From Actinomycetota bacterium (GTDB lineage Bacteria > Actinomycetota > CADDZG01 > JAHWKV01 > JAOPZY01), in NCBI GenBank assembly GCA_025963875.1, contig JAOPZY010000231.1, positions 1 through 57,930 of the forward strand: a stretch of DNA of 57,930 nucleotides, given 5' to 3'. The notes below the pieces were generated by a model. It saw only the letters and a list, made by a program, of their open reading frames with translations. It searched no databases and was not told the origin of the DNA. Positions 26,776-36,492 of the stretch are shown one piece after another (within the stretch, counting starts at the first letter, position 1; each line of letters opens with the position of its first letter). A program made the position numbers and the translations under genes.

Positions 26776-28140
26776 TTGCACAAGGCAGAACAAGGAAAAA
26801 GGGTGACCAAAGGCAGAGCCGTCCTCGCGCTCGCCTCTGCCGTTGCCGTCGTCGCTACGGGGGTAGTGGCGGTCACTGCGGCTCTCGCCGCACCGCCCAC
26901 GCCCACGCCCACGATCCTTTCGGGGCCAAACGCTCCCACGACGTCCCGGACGGCTCTCCTCAGCTACAAGGACACCCAGACCTCAGCGAACTTCAAGTGC
27001 TCGCTCGACGCCGGCTTCTTCTTTTCGTGTCCGTCCGGCGGTATCAGCTACTCGGCTCTCAGCGAGGGTCCGCACACGTTCCGGGTGGAGGCCCAGGCGC
27101 TCACCATGTCGATGAGCGCCCCGGCGTCCCGTACCTGGTCGGTCGACACCGCCGCACCAACCGTCGCAGTCTCGTTCCCGGCCGCCGGTCGCGCCTACAA
27201 CGCCGCCGGCTGGAACGGAAGCTGCCTGCCGTCGCCGGGCCTGTGCGGCAGCGCCAGCGACGCCACGGGCGTGGCCAGCGTCCAGGTCGCCCTCTTGCAG
27301 CAGTCCAGCGGAAAGTACTGGAGCGGCTCGGGATTCACCGTCGCCTCCCAGGTCTTCCAGACATCCAACGGCACCACGTCGTGGCGGTATCCCGTGGCCC
27401 TGTCCAACCTGACCGACGGGTCCTACACCGTGTCGGTCCGCGCAACGGACTCGCTGGGCAACGCTACGGCAGGCCGGGCGCTGACCGCCGGCTTCCGTAT
27501 CGACACCATCGCGCCGCCGGCGCCGGTCATCACCGGTGCTCCCGACAACGCCACGTTCCAGACGCAGGCGGAGTTCCACTTCACCGACACCGAACAGGGC
27601 GCCACCTTCCGGTGCCAGCTCGACGGGGGGGCTTCCCCGTGTTCCGGGGGCGGGGCAGAGTACGAAAACCTCGCCGTCGGCGACCACTGCTTCAACGTCG
27701 CCGCGGTCGACGGGGCCGGGAACGTGAGCGCACCCGCCTCGCTCTGCTGGACCATCGCCATCAAGAACACCTTCGGCATCAGCGGGAACGCCAGCGCCCT
27801 GTTCTACCCGGGGGCCACGCCCCAGCCGCTCGACCTCGTGCTCACGAACCCGTTCAACTTCGACATCAAGGTCACCGCCATCACGGTCACTGTTCAGGCG
27901 GCCACGACGAAGAACGGCAACCCCAACCCGAGCTGCAACGGGACGCAGAACCTGGACGTGGCCCGGCCCTTCAACGGCACGGTGACCCTCGCCAAGAACG
28001 CCACGAAGTCGCTCTCCCAGCTCGGCACGCCACCCTCCCAGTACCCCCTCGTGCAGATGCCAGATCTCCCGGTCAACCAGGACGCATGCCAGAAGAGCAC
28101 CTTCCACATGTCCTACTCCGGCACGGCGGTGAAATCGTGA
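26776..28140 (+). CDS. Secreted Ig-like multidomain protein with a C-terminal domain similar to the upstream subunit
   Basis: Signal peptide, Ig-like repeats (F.C.LD..C...Y..L..G.H.F.V.A; VDT.AP), C-terminal FYPG..NQDACQKSTFHMSY. Start is TTG 26776 or GTG 26803. Confidence 0.75.
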   Translation: MHKAEQGKRVTKGRAVLALASAVAVVATGVVAVTAALAAPPTPTPTILSGPNAPTTSRTALLSYKDTQTSANFKCSLDAGFFFSCPSGGISYSALSEGPHTFRVEAQALTMSMSAPASRTWSVDTAAPTVAVSFPAAGRAYNAAGWNGSCLPSPGLCGSASDATGVASVQVALLQQSSGKYWSGSGFTVASQVFQTSNGTTSWRYPVALSNLTDGSYTVSVRATDSLGNATAGRALTAGFRIDTIAPPAPVITGAPDNATFQTQAEFHFTDTEQGATFRCQLDGGASPCSGGGAEYENLAVGDHCFNVAAVDGAGNVSAPASLCWTIAIKNTFGISGNASALFYPGATPQPLDLVLTNPFNFDIKVTAITVTVQAATTKNGNPNPSCNGTQNLDVARPFNGTVTLAKNATKSLSQLGTPPSQYPLVQMPDLPVNQDACQKSTFHMSYSGTAVKS

Positions 28141-28601
28141 GGCGGCCGCTGTTCGTCGCGATGGTGTGTGCCATCTCGGTGCTGGTGCTCTCGAGCGGCG
28201 CCCACGCCTATTTCCGCGCATCCGGATCGGGGTCGGGAACGGGAGCGACCGGTACGCTCCAGCCGGCGACCCTCGTTGCTCTGGTGACGTCGGACACGCC
28301 GACGTCCACCCTGGTGCCGGGAGGAAGCGCCGACCTGATCCTCAAGATCAACAATCCCACCAGCTCCAATGTGACCCTCGTGGGGATCGCACCGAAGACC
28401 GGAGGCACCGTGACGCCGAGCCTGCCCGGCTGCACCACCTCCGGCGTCTCCCTGGCAACGATCGGAGCTCTCGCGATCACACTGACGCCTGGTTCCAACA
28501 CCGTGCACATCGGCAACGGGGCAACCATGAGCACGGCCTCGGTCAGCGGCTGCCAGGGAGCCACGTTCGCGATCGACGTCACGATCACGGTGCACCAGTG
28601 A
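28137..28601 (+). CDS. Secreted small beta-rich protein, paralog of 26197-26682
   Basis: AHAYFRASGSGSGTGATG, LVPG, GC...GCQGATF. GTGA coupling to the upstream gene. Confidence 0.8.
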   Translation: MRRPLFVAMVCAISVLVLSSGAHAYFRASGSGSGTGATGTLQPATLVALVTSDTPTSTLVPGGSADLILKINNPTSSNVTLVGIAPKTGGTVTPSLPGCTTSGVSLATIGALAITLTPGSNTVHIGNGATMSTASVSGCQGATFAIDVTITVHQ

Positions 28602-30331
28602 TCCGCCAGCCCTGGGGTCGCCTACCATCTCGGCCGGCCGCGCGGAGCGCGACGGTGGTGGTTGCCGTCATCGCCATCCTGGCGATGTTCGCCGGCGCCG
28701 CCCTGGCGTTCTGGGGCAGCACCGACAGCTCCAACCCAGCCCGGGCCGCCGCGGACGTGCTGCAAGCCGGCTCGGCGCCGACTGGAAGCTCGACCAACCA
28801 GAACGTCACTGTGACCTGGACGGCCCGCTCCACCGTCGGCGGGCGGGCGGCGACCGGCTACAGCGTGAATCGCTATGCGAGCGCTGCAGGCGGAACCGCG
28901 GTCCCGGCCGGCGGCGGCTGCGGCGGGACGATCACTGTCCTGACCTGCACCGAGGCCGGCGTCCCGGCAGGAGTCTGGTACTACACGGTGACGCCGAAGC
29001 TGTCGCTGTGGGTGGGCAACGAGAGCGCCAGGACGCTCGTCAGCGTCAACCAGGCGCCGGCCATCACCACCCCCCCGAGCGTCACCTTCACGGTGGGAGT
29101 TGCAGCGAGCCTCACGGTCTCCACCACGGGCTTCCCGGCCGCGACGGTCTCTGAGACCGCGAGCCTGCCGGCCGGGATCACGTTCGCCAACAACGGCAAC
29201 GGCACCGCCACGCTGGGCGGCACGCCTGGGTCGAACACGGGCGGCACCTACTCGCTCACGATGACGGCGTCGAACGGCACGCTTCCGAACGCGACCCAGC
29301 CCTTCACGCTCACGGTCGACCAGGCGCCGGCGATCACGAGCGCACCGGGCGTCACCTTCACCGTGGGGACGGCAGGCTCGTTCACGGTCCAGACAACCGG
29401 TTTCCCCACAGCCCCCACGATCACCGGATCGGGCAGCCTGCCGGGTGGCGTGACTTTCGTCAACAACGGCAACGACACGGCCACGCTGTCCGGGAACCCG
29501 GGCACGTCGGGGACCTTCGCCCTCACCATCACCGCCTCGAATGGTGTTGCACCGAACGCAACGCAGAACTTCACACTGACCGTCGGCACCCGGCATTTGC
29601 TGCTGACCCCAGCAACGACCACCCCCGCCGCCGGAACCGCAGACAGCCTGACGATCACCGCCCTCGACGGAGCAAACAACGTGGTGACGACCTATACGGG
29701 CACCCAGAGCCTCATCTTCGGGGGGGCCACGCCGACCGGAACGTTCATCCCATCGGTCGTCGACAGCGCCGGCGTGACCAGGACGTTCGGAGCCTCCACG
29801 TCGGTCGCATTCACCGCCGGCGTGGCGACGGTCTCGGGAGGCAAAAACGGCGTCATGACGCTCTATAAGGCCGAGGCGGCGACCATCACGGTGACCGACG
29901 GCACGATCAACAATGCGCCCGGCCTCTCCGTGACAGTGAGCCCGGCTGCCGGTCGCCTTGCCTGGACGGCGGTCTCGAACCTGACCGGGACGCTGAGCCC
30001 CCCGTGTGGCTTCACCTGTACCTACACCGGCATCGGAGGGAGCGGCACGACCTTCAAGGCGAAGATCGCCCTGATGGATCAGTACGGGAATCCAATCGCT
30101 GCGCCAACAGGTGGCATCTCCGTGCTCGTCACGAAATCTGCAGGGACGTTCACGGGGAGTGCGACCATCACGATCCCCGCCGGCTCTTCCACGTCGAGCA
30201 CTGGCGGCGACGGCAGCGTGGGTGGAGAGATCACGTTCAAGAGCGAGACTTCCAACTGGTCGACCGATACCCTCACGGCAACGCCCACGCCCAACGTCGC
30301 GGCCACCGCCACGGCCAGCTTCACCAAGTAA
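28598..30331 (+). CDS. Secreted Thr/Gly-rich protein with FnIII-like and two putative Ig (He_PIG-like) repeats
   Basis: Signal ends ALAFW. Repeats QAPAIT..P.VTFTVG...TTGFP...LP.G.TF.NNGN.TATL.G.P. Confidence 0.8.
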   Translation: MIRQPWGRLPSRPAARSATVVVAVIAILAMFAGAALAFWGSTDSSNPARAAADVLQAGSAPTGSSTNQNVTVTWTARSTVGGRAATGYSVNRYASAAGGTAVPAGGGCGGTITVLTCTEAGVPAGVWYYTVTPKLSLWVGNESARTLVSVNQAPAITTPPSVTFTVGVAASLTVSTTGFPAATVSETASLPAGITFANNGNGTATLGGTPGSNTGGTYSLTMTASNGTLPNATQPFTLTVDQAPAITSAPGVTFTVGTAGSFTVQTTGFPTAPTITGSGSLPGGVTFVNNGNDTATLSGNPGTSGTFALTITASNGVAPNATQNFTLTVGTRHLLLTPATTTPAAGTADSLTITALDGANNVVTTYTGTQSLIFGGATPTGTFIPSVVDSAGVTRTFGASTSVAFTAGVATVSGGKNGVMTLYKAEAATITVTDGTINNAPGLSVTVSPAAGRLAWTAVSNLTGTLSPPCGFTCTYTGIGGSGTTFKAKIALMDQYGNPIAAPTGGISVLVTKSAGTFTGSATITIPAGSSTSSTGGDGSVGGEITFKSETSNWSTDTLTATPTPNVAATATASFTK

Positions 30332-30406
30332 GCCGTGCCGGGTCCGCCACCCGCTCCAGGAGCGTAGGCCGGGTCGACGCCGAGCTCTGTCGGTACCCCT
30401 CGCTAA

Positions 30407-30451
30407 TCTTTGGGTGAATAGCCGCCATATTGACCACTTATCACCCAAAGA
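30407..30451. repeat. Long interrupted palindrome between convergent genes
   Basis: tctttgggtga ... tcacccaaaga (11-bp arms). Confidence 0.6.
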
Positions 30452-30513
30452 AGGTCCTCTAGTTAGTTAAGGTTCTCTCATCCACACGGGGTTGGTCAGG
30501 ATCCGGTGGCCAC

Positions 30514-31710
30514 TTACAAAACTTCTTCGCTGTCCCCCCGACCCTCCGCCACTCGCTCCAGGAACAACTGGTACCGGTCCATGACCGAGTCCCAGCCGAA
30601 CCCTTCGGCGTAGGCCAGGCCGTTCGCACCGAGGGTCGCCGCGGTCTGCGGCTCCCCCAGCAGGATCTCCAGCGCGGCCTCGAAGTCGGCGTAATCGCGG
30701 TAGGCCAGCCCCCCCCGCGAGCGCCGGGCATGCCCGGCCGTCACGGCGCAGTGGCCGTTGACGAGGACCGGCTTCGCCTTGGTCCAGGCCTCGAGGAGCA
30801 CGATGCCGAAGCTCTCGGCCGGCGAGGGGTGGACGAAGGCAGTCGCCCCCTCCAGAGCACCCCAGCGCTCGTCGTCGCCGAGGATGCCGGGCACGACGAT
30901 GTCGTCATGGGGCGGCGGGGCCTGGACCACGGGGCCGGCGATCACCAGCTTCAGGGGGCCCGGGTGACGTCGCTTGAAGGCGGCGAACATCCTGGCCAGG
31001 TCGGTGGTGCCCTTGCCGTCCTCGACCCGGCCGAGGTACATGAGGTAGGGGTCGTCGCCCAGGCCTACCCGGGTGCGGAATGCCTCGGGGTCCCCCTTGC
31101 CCTCCTCGACGCCGAGGCCGACGAGACCAGCTTTGCCCGGCGGCCATCCCATCAGGCGCAGGATGAGCTCCCACTCCTCCGGCGAGTGCAGGTACAGGCC
31201 GGCGGCCGAGCGCACCACGGTGCGCACGATGGGCAGGCGCGCCTGGGCTTCGTCGTGGAGGGCGGGATGCAGGATCGAACGCTCCGCCACCAGCGGGAGA
31301 CCGACGAGCGTCGGGTAGTAGAGGTAGGTGTAGAAGATCCAGAGATCGGGCTCGTCAGCCCTCGACCGGATGTCCTCGATGAGTGACGGCACCAGCGGCC
31401 CCTGGTCCCGCACCCAGCGGGCGACCAGCGCGGGATCGGGGTCGGTGGTGGAAAGGACCCGGTCGGACAGGCGCTCGAAGCCGGGGGCCCGCGGGGCCGC
31501 CGTGGGGAAGCGCAGCACCTGGACGCCCTCGTCGGTGGAGGATCCCGTTGGCAGGTTGTTCGCCCAGGTGACGGCGTCGGTCGTGGCGCTGGTGAGCACC
31601 GTCACGTCCACCCCCCGGGCGGCCAGACGGGTGGCGAACTGGCGGCAGGCTGCCTCGGCCCCCCCGACGATCTGGGGGCCGTAGCGCTGCGCGACATAGG
31701 TGACCCTCAC
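30514..31710 (-). CDS. GT4 glycosyltransferase
   Basis: RYG..IVGGAE, YLGRVEDGKG, PS.AESFGIVLLEAW. Confidence 0.9.
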   Translation of the reverse strand: MRVTYVAQRYGPQIVGGAEAACRQFATRLAARGVDVTVLTSATTDAVTWANNLPTGSSTDEGVQVLRFPTAAPRAPGFERLSDRVLSTTDPDPALVARWVRDQGPLVPSLIEDIRSRADEPDLWIFYTYLYYPTLVGLPLVAERSILHPALHDEAQARLPIVRTVVRSAAGLYLHSPEEWELILRLMGWPPGKAGLVGLGVEEGKGDPEAFRTRVGLGDDPYLMYLGRVEDGKGTTDLARMFAAFKRRHPGPLKLVIAGPVVQAPPPHDDIVVPGILGDDERWGALEGATAFVHPSPAESFGIVLLEAWTKAKPVLVNGHCAVTAGHARRSRGGLAYRDYADFEAALEILLGEPQTAATLGANGLAYAEGFGWDSVMDRYQLFLERVAEGRGDSEEVL

Positions 31711-32774
31711 GCTGCGGGTTGGAACCAGGCGCCGAACAGCTGGTGGACCCGGGCCTCGAATTGCGCCGGGCCGAATGCGGCGACCCGCTCACGACCCGCA
31801 GCGGCCAGGCGTGCCCGGAGGGCCGGGTCCCCCACGACCGCGTCGACGAGGGCCGCCACGTCCTCGTAGCGCTTCTCCGTGAAGAAGATGCCGGCGTGGC
31901 CGACCGTCTCGGGCAGCGCGCCGGCGGCGTAGGCGATCACCGGGATCCCGGACGCCATCGCCTCGACCCACGGCAGGCCAAAGCCCTCGTGCTCGCTCAT
32001 CGAGACGAAGACGTCCGCGCTTGCGTAGTAGGCGGCAAGCGCCGGGTCCGACACCCTGCCGGCGAAGTGCACCTCCTCCACCCCCAGGCGACCGGCGAAG
32101 CGTTGCAGCGCCTCGACGTAGGCCCGTGTGTCGGGGCGCCCCACTACGAACAGCCGTGCGTCGCGGTCCCACGCCCGGCGGTAGACGGCGAAGACCTTCA
32201 GGAGGTCCTCGATGCGCTTGTTTGGGGCCATGCGGGAGACGAAGAGGAGGTCATGTCCCCGTTTCCCGGCACGCAGCCTGGCCGCCGTGGCGACGTCGGG
32301 CGGTGCCGCAAGCCGGGCTGGATCGACGAGCAACGGCAGCGTCGCGGTGTTCCGGAACCCGATCCCCTCCAGCTCCCGCTCCATGTAGCGGGAGTGGGCG
32401 ATGCCCAGCGTGGTGCCGGCTGCCAGCGGCTCCAGCTCCGCCCTCGCCTTCGACAGGGCGACGGCCAGGCCCGGGTCGTACGCACGGACGAACTCGGGCG
32501 GCGTGATCCCGTGGTAGTCGACGATCTTGACCGCGTCCACCCCGGCGAGCCATGCGCCGAGCGGCGAGGCATGGGCGGCGTGGTAGACGAGCACGTCGTC
32601 GGGCCGGATGTCCGCGTCCCGGTAGTGGACGGCTCCGGGGGTACGCTCCGGCGCGGCCTGCTGCACCACGAAGCCCCCGTGGGAAGCCCCGAGGACCTTC
32701 GCCAGGCTCCGGGCGTGATCCCCGATGGCATCGGCGCTTTCGAGGAACGGGACGAGCTGGAAGATCCGGGTCAG
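31707..32774 (-). CDS. GT4 glycosyltransferase (probable CTG start)
   Basis: FVSRMAPNKR, SEHEGFGLPWVEAM. The N-terminal RIFQLV...DAIGDH segment matches its paralog and lies upstream of the first canonical start (32669). Confidence 0.8.
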   Translation of the reverse strand: MTRIFQLVPFLESADAIGDHARSLAKVLGASHGGFVVQQAAPERTPGAVHYRDADIRPDDVLVYHAAHASPLGAWLAGVDAVKIVDYHGITPPEFVRAYDPGLAVALSKARAELEPLAAGTTLGIAHSRYMERELEGIGFRNTATLPLLVDPARLAAPPDVATAARLRAGKRGHDLLFVSRMAPNKRIEDLLKVFAVYRRAWDRDARLFVVGRPDTRAYVEALQRFAGRLGVEEVHFAGRVSDPALAAYYASADVFVSMSEHEGFGLPWVEAMASGIPVIAYAAGALPETVGHAGIFFTEKRYEDVAALVDAVVGDPALRARLAAAGRERVAAFGPAQFEARVHQLFGAWFQPAA

Positions 32775-33175
32775 CCTGGGACTCCCCTATCGCCGCCCTC
32801 TGCCTCCCGGGTCTGAACGATGGCCCGAAGCACCTCCGTCTCGGCGAGGTGGTAGGCGTTGAGCTGGTCCGTCAGGTGGCGCAGCGTCCATACCGTCACC
32901 GGGCGCAGCGCCCGCTTGGCGAGCCCGGCCACCATGCCCCGTAGCCCCGGCCCCGAGGCCAGCGCGATCGAGGGGTCGTACCGGTACCGCCCGAGCATGT
33001 CCACCACGGCCTCCAGACCCTCGCCCTCCGGCCGGGCCCCGCCGGGCGCTACCTCGAGGAAGAGCCGGTCGAGCGCGGCCCCGGTGCCCTCGGGCACCTC
33101 GCCCGAAAGCCGCTTGGCCGCGGCCGCGGCCCGAGCCCGCTCCACGACCTCCTCGTAGCTGCCCCCGTGGCCCAC
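32771..33175 (-). CDS. Hypothetical protein of glycan loci (amphipathic helix)
   Basis: Stop overlaps the next gene's start. Contains AKRALRPVTVWTLRHLTDQLNAY. TAGACT lies 7 nt before the GTG. Confidence 0.65.
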   Translation of the reverse strand: MGHGGSYEEVVERARAAAAAKRLSGEVPEGTGAALDRLFLEVAPGGARPEGEGLEAVVDMLGRYRYDPSIALASGPGLRGMVAGLAKRALRPVTVWTLRHLTDQLNAYHLAETEVLRAIVQTREAEGGDRGVPG

Positions 33176-33209
33176 AGCGCAGAGTCTACGTATGCTCTGG
33201 CCCCAGGTC

Positions 33210-34280
33210 ATGGAGATCCATCAGGTCGTCGTCACCGCGTCCCCCGGGGACGCCATCACCAATGCCGCTTTCGAGACCCGCAAGCTGCTGCGGCGGGACG
33301 GGGGCCGGTCCAACCTGTACGCCCGCTTCATCGACCCCAAGCTCCTGGGCGACGTGCTGCCACTCGACCACTTCCCGGCGCCCCGCCCCGACCTCGCCAT
33401 CCTCTACCACGCCTCCATCGGCCAGGCCGAGGTGACGAGGTTCCTCCTCCGCCGTCCCGAGCCGCTGGCGATGCTGTACCACAACATGTCCCCCGCGGAG
33501 CCGTTCGCCCCCTACGACCCCGGCTTCGCCGCCCTCCTCGAGCAGGGGCGGCGAGAGCTCGAGATGCTCCGCGAGCGCGTCTCGCTGCCGCTGGCGGTGT
33601 CGTGCTTCAACGCCGCCGACCTCGAGTCGCACGGCTACCGCGACGTGAAGGTCGCACCCCTGATCGTCGACCCCAGCCGGCTGCTGGACGTGACGCCCCA
33701 CCCGGAGACCGTCCGGTGGCAGAGCGAGGTGCCGGGCCCGGTCCTGCTCTTCGTCGGCCAGCTGTTGCCGCACAAGCAGCCGCACGTGCTGCTGCAGGCC
33801 TTCCATGCCCTCTGCACCTACCTGCTGCCCGAGGCCCACCTCTTTCTCATCGGCGCCCCCCGCCTCCCCCGCTACAAGGAGGTCCTGCAGTTCTTCATCG
33901 AGGAGCTGAACCTCACGCACTGCGGGATCATCCGCAGCCCCGTGACCGAGGCGGAGCTGGCGGCCTACTACCGCCGGGCCGACGCGTTCGTCACGCTCAG
34001 CGAGCACGAGGGGTTCTGCGTGCCGCTGCTGGAGGCGATGGCGTTCGAGAAGCCGATCCTGGCCCGCGCCTGCGGGGCGATCCCCGGCACCCTGGAGGAC
34101 GCCGGCCTCATGATCGGCCCCGACGACGGCACGCTCGTGGCAGCCGAGGCGATGCACGAGATCCTCACGAACGAGCCGCTGCGCAAGGACCTTGTGGAGC
34201 GGGGCCGGGTGCGCCTGCGCCACTTCCACCCCGACAAAGCCCGAGCGATCCTGCTCGACCACCTCTCCAGCCTAGGCTAG
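33210..34280 (+). CDS. GT4 glycosyltransferase
   Basis: IHQV...GDAITN, FVGQLLPHK, SEHEGFCVPLLEAM. Confidence 0.9.
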   Translation: MEIHQVVVTASPGDAITNAAFETRKLLRRDGGRSNLYARFIDPKLLGDVLPLDHFPAPRPDLAILYHASIGQAEVTRFLLRRPEPLAMLYHNMSPAEPFAPYDPGFAALLEQGRRELEMLRERVSLPLAVSCFNAADLESHGYRDVKVAPLIVDPSRLLDVTPHPETVRWQSEVPGPVLLFVGQLLPHKQPHVLLQAFHALCTYLLPEAHLFLIGAPRLPRYKEVLQFFIEELNLTHCGIIRSPVTEAELAAYYRRADAFVTLSEHEGFCVPLLEAMAFEKPILARACGAIPGTLEDAGLMIGPDDGTLVAAEAMHEILTNEPLRKDLVERGRVRLRHFHPDKARAILLDHLSSLG

Positions 34281-34309
34281 CGCTCCACAACGCAACTCTA
34301 GAATTCTTT

Positions 34310-34344
34310 TTCTGTTTGACCACGTATAAGGTGGTCAAACAGAA
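34310..34344. repeat. Perfect 14-bp inverted repeat upstream of vapBC
   Basis: ttctgtttgaccac-gtataag-gtggtcaaacagaa. Confidence 0.7.
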
Positions 34345-34399
34345 TCTCGATTTCTTCTGCGCGGCTGGAGCCACCCGTAGGCTCGGCACCTGCTACTAT

Positions 34400-34654
34400 A
34401 TGAGCATGTTAGACCGTCGACTGCAGATTCTCATCGACGAGGAACGGTGGTCCCGCTTGGAGGACGAAGCCAGCCGGCGCCAGGTCTCCGTCAGCACGCT
34501 GGTTCGCGAGGCCATTGACGAGCGCTATCCCGGCCGCGACCAGGAGCGCAGGGCGGCCCTCCGGGCGCTGCTCGATGCCGAACCGATGCCGGTGCCGGAC
34601 ACCGATGAGCTCCGTCGGGAGCTGGATGACATCAGGAGCCGGCGTCTCGCGTGA
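34400..34654 (+). CDS. vapB: Ribbon-helix-helix antitoxin (VapB-like)
   Basis: RRLQILID..L...A....VS...LVREAID. GTGA overlap with the PIN-domain gene. Confidence 0.8.
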   Translation: MSMLDRRLQILIDEERWSRLEDEASRRQVSVSTLVREAIDERYPGRDQERRAALRALLDAEPMPVPDTDELRRELDDIRSRRLA

Positions 34655-35082
34655 TCCTGGTGGACACCACGGTGCTGGTCTATGCAGTGGGAACCGACCA
34701 TGCCCTCCGGACGCCCTGCCGCGAGCTACTGCGGCTTGTGGAAGAGGGTCGGGTCAGAGCGACGACGACGGTTGAGGTCCTTCAGGAGTTCGCCCACGTC
34801 CGCGCTCGGCGCCGCTCCCGGAAAGACGCTGCGGCCGTCGCCCGCAGCGCGGCTATCGGCCTGAGCCCATTGGTCCACCCCGAGTTCGAAGACCTCATGG
34901 ATGGTTTGGAATTGTTCCAGACCACCGAGCGCCTCGGTGCCTTCGATGCGGTACTGGCGGCCAGCGCGCGCCGGCAACGGTGGGCAATCGCGTCCGCCGA
35001 CGCGGCATTCGAGGCCGTTCAGGGCCTGCGGCATCTGAACCCCGCATCCCCGACGTTCCTGGAGGACGCTCGGGAGAGCTGA
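34651..35082 (+). CDS. vapC: PIN-domain toxin (VapC)
   Basis: ILVDTTVLVYA, EVLQEF, FDAVLAA, SADAAF (conserved acidic residues). Confidence 0.9.
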   Translation: MILVDTTVLVYAVGTDHALRTPCRELLRLVEEGRVRATTTVEVLQEFAHVRARRRSRKDAAAVARSAAIGLSPLVHPEFEDLMDGLELFQTTERLGAFDAVLAASARRQRWAIASADAAFEAVQGLRHLNPASPTFLEDARES

Positions 35083-35088
35083 GGACCC

Positions 35089-36492
35089 CTATTCGGTGTC
35101 GGGGGCGGTGAGGCGGATCCAGGACAGGGCGGCCCCCAGCTCGGTGTCGTCGTCGCTCTCGGGGTTGGCGGCGTTCCATCGCACCGGGGCCAGCGTGTGC
35201 ATCATCAGGCGGGTGAAACGCCGGGAGGAGCGGTAGGCCTCCGGCACCACGCCCGAGTACACCGTCCCGTGCTCGTGCGGGGAGGTCATGAGCCGGACCG
35301 GCACCCCGTTGAGATCGAACGCCAGGGCCTCGGCGATCTGCGGTGTCATGAAGCCGACCGCCAGCAGCTCGATCCTCGTGCCCGGCCGCAGCGCCACCGG
35401 CAGGTCGACCCAGGCGTCCCGGCCCGGACCGCTCCAGCGGACACCGCCGTAGGGCAGCACCTGAGGCGGGTACCAGCCGCCGCCGACGAACGAGGGGTCG
35501 GCGAAGTCGATCCGGAAGGTGCCCGTCAGCTCGGCGGAGCGCTCGACGAGCTCCTTCTCCCGGCGGATCTGGAGCAGCTCGGCCGACAGGGCGGCGTCGA
35601 TCTCGGCTCCGACGTCGGCGGGGGCGGTCTTGCGGGCCAGCTCCAGTGCAAGACTCGAGAGGTCGAACAGCCTGTGGGCGCTGGTGACGCAGGCATCCCG
35701 GACAAGGCTCTGCCAGCCAGCTTCGTGATCGGGGTAGGCGCAGTCCTTCTTCAGGTAGACGGCGTTGGCCCAGAAGAGCTGGCCGGCGCCGGCGGGATAG
35801 GACGACGTGACGTCGTCGTAGTGGATCGTCTCGGTCGTCTGCCACTCGGTCCGCATCCCGGCCTGGGCGTAGTGGGCGAGGTTGCCCAGCTTCCAGAGCA
35901 CGAAGCCCTGCTGCCGCAGGTACTGGTCGACCTCGGGGAAGAGGGCGATGCCCTCGTAGAGCTCGTTGAACTCGACCTCGACCTCGATGAGCCGGACACC
36001 CTCGAGCGTGGCTTCGGCCCCCCGGAGCACGTCGAGCTCGGACCCCTGGGTGTCGATCTTCATGGCGTCGACCCGTCCAATCCCCAGGGACGCCCCCTCC
36101 GAAGCGCACCAGTCGTCGAGGGCCATCAGCTCGATCAGCGAGGTGTCCTCGAGCTGGCCGTCGGTGAGCCCGGGGTGCCGGGTCACCGCCTCGGTGGCGG
36201 GCGGGTAGATCGAGCAACCCTTGCGGTCCCGGGTGAGGTAGAGCGTCGCCAGGCCGGTCTGGGCGCCGAGCGCCACGGGGACGAAGCGCATCCGCTGGTC
36301 GCCCCGGTGGATCTCGCTGAGGCGGGCGCACTCCTCCTCGTCGGGCTCGAAGCCGATGGTCAGGCACTTCTCCCGCAGCCGGTCCCACGCCTGGGCGAAC
36401 CCCCAGCGGGCACCGACGTCGACCACGACGAGGCGCTCCGACAGGAGCCGCGACAGGACGACGAGCGCGTCGGATTCGGCGGTGATTTCCAC
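35089..36492 (-). CDS. FkbM family methyltransferase with C-terminal beta domain
   Basis: VDVGARWG, GFEPD, MKIDTQGSELDVL.G, EVEF..LY. Confidence 0.85.
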   Translation of the reverse strand: MEITAESDALVVLSRLLSERLVVVDVGARWGFAQAWDRLREKCLTIGFEPDEEECARLSEIHRGDQRMRFVPVALGAQTGLATLYLTRDRKGCSIYPPATEAVTRHPGLTDGQLEDTSLIELMALDDWCASEGASLGIGRVDAMKIDTQGSELDVLRGAEATLEGVRLIEVEVEFNELYEGIALFPEVDQYLRQQGFVLWKLGNLAHYAQAGMRTEWQTTETIHYDDVTSSYPAGAGQLFWANAVYLKKDCAYPDHEAGWQSLVRDACVTSAHRLFDLSSLALELARKTAPADVGAEIDAALSAELLQIRREKELVERSAELTGTFRIDFADPSFVGGGWYPPQVLPYGGVRWSGPGRDAWVDLPVALRPGTRIELLAVGFMTPQIAEALAFDLNGVPVRLMTSPHEHGTVYSGVVPEAYRSSRRFTRLMMHTLAPVRWNAANPESDDDTELGAALSWIRLTAPDTE

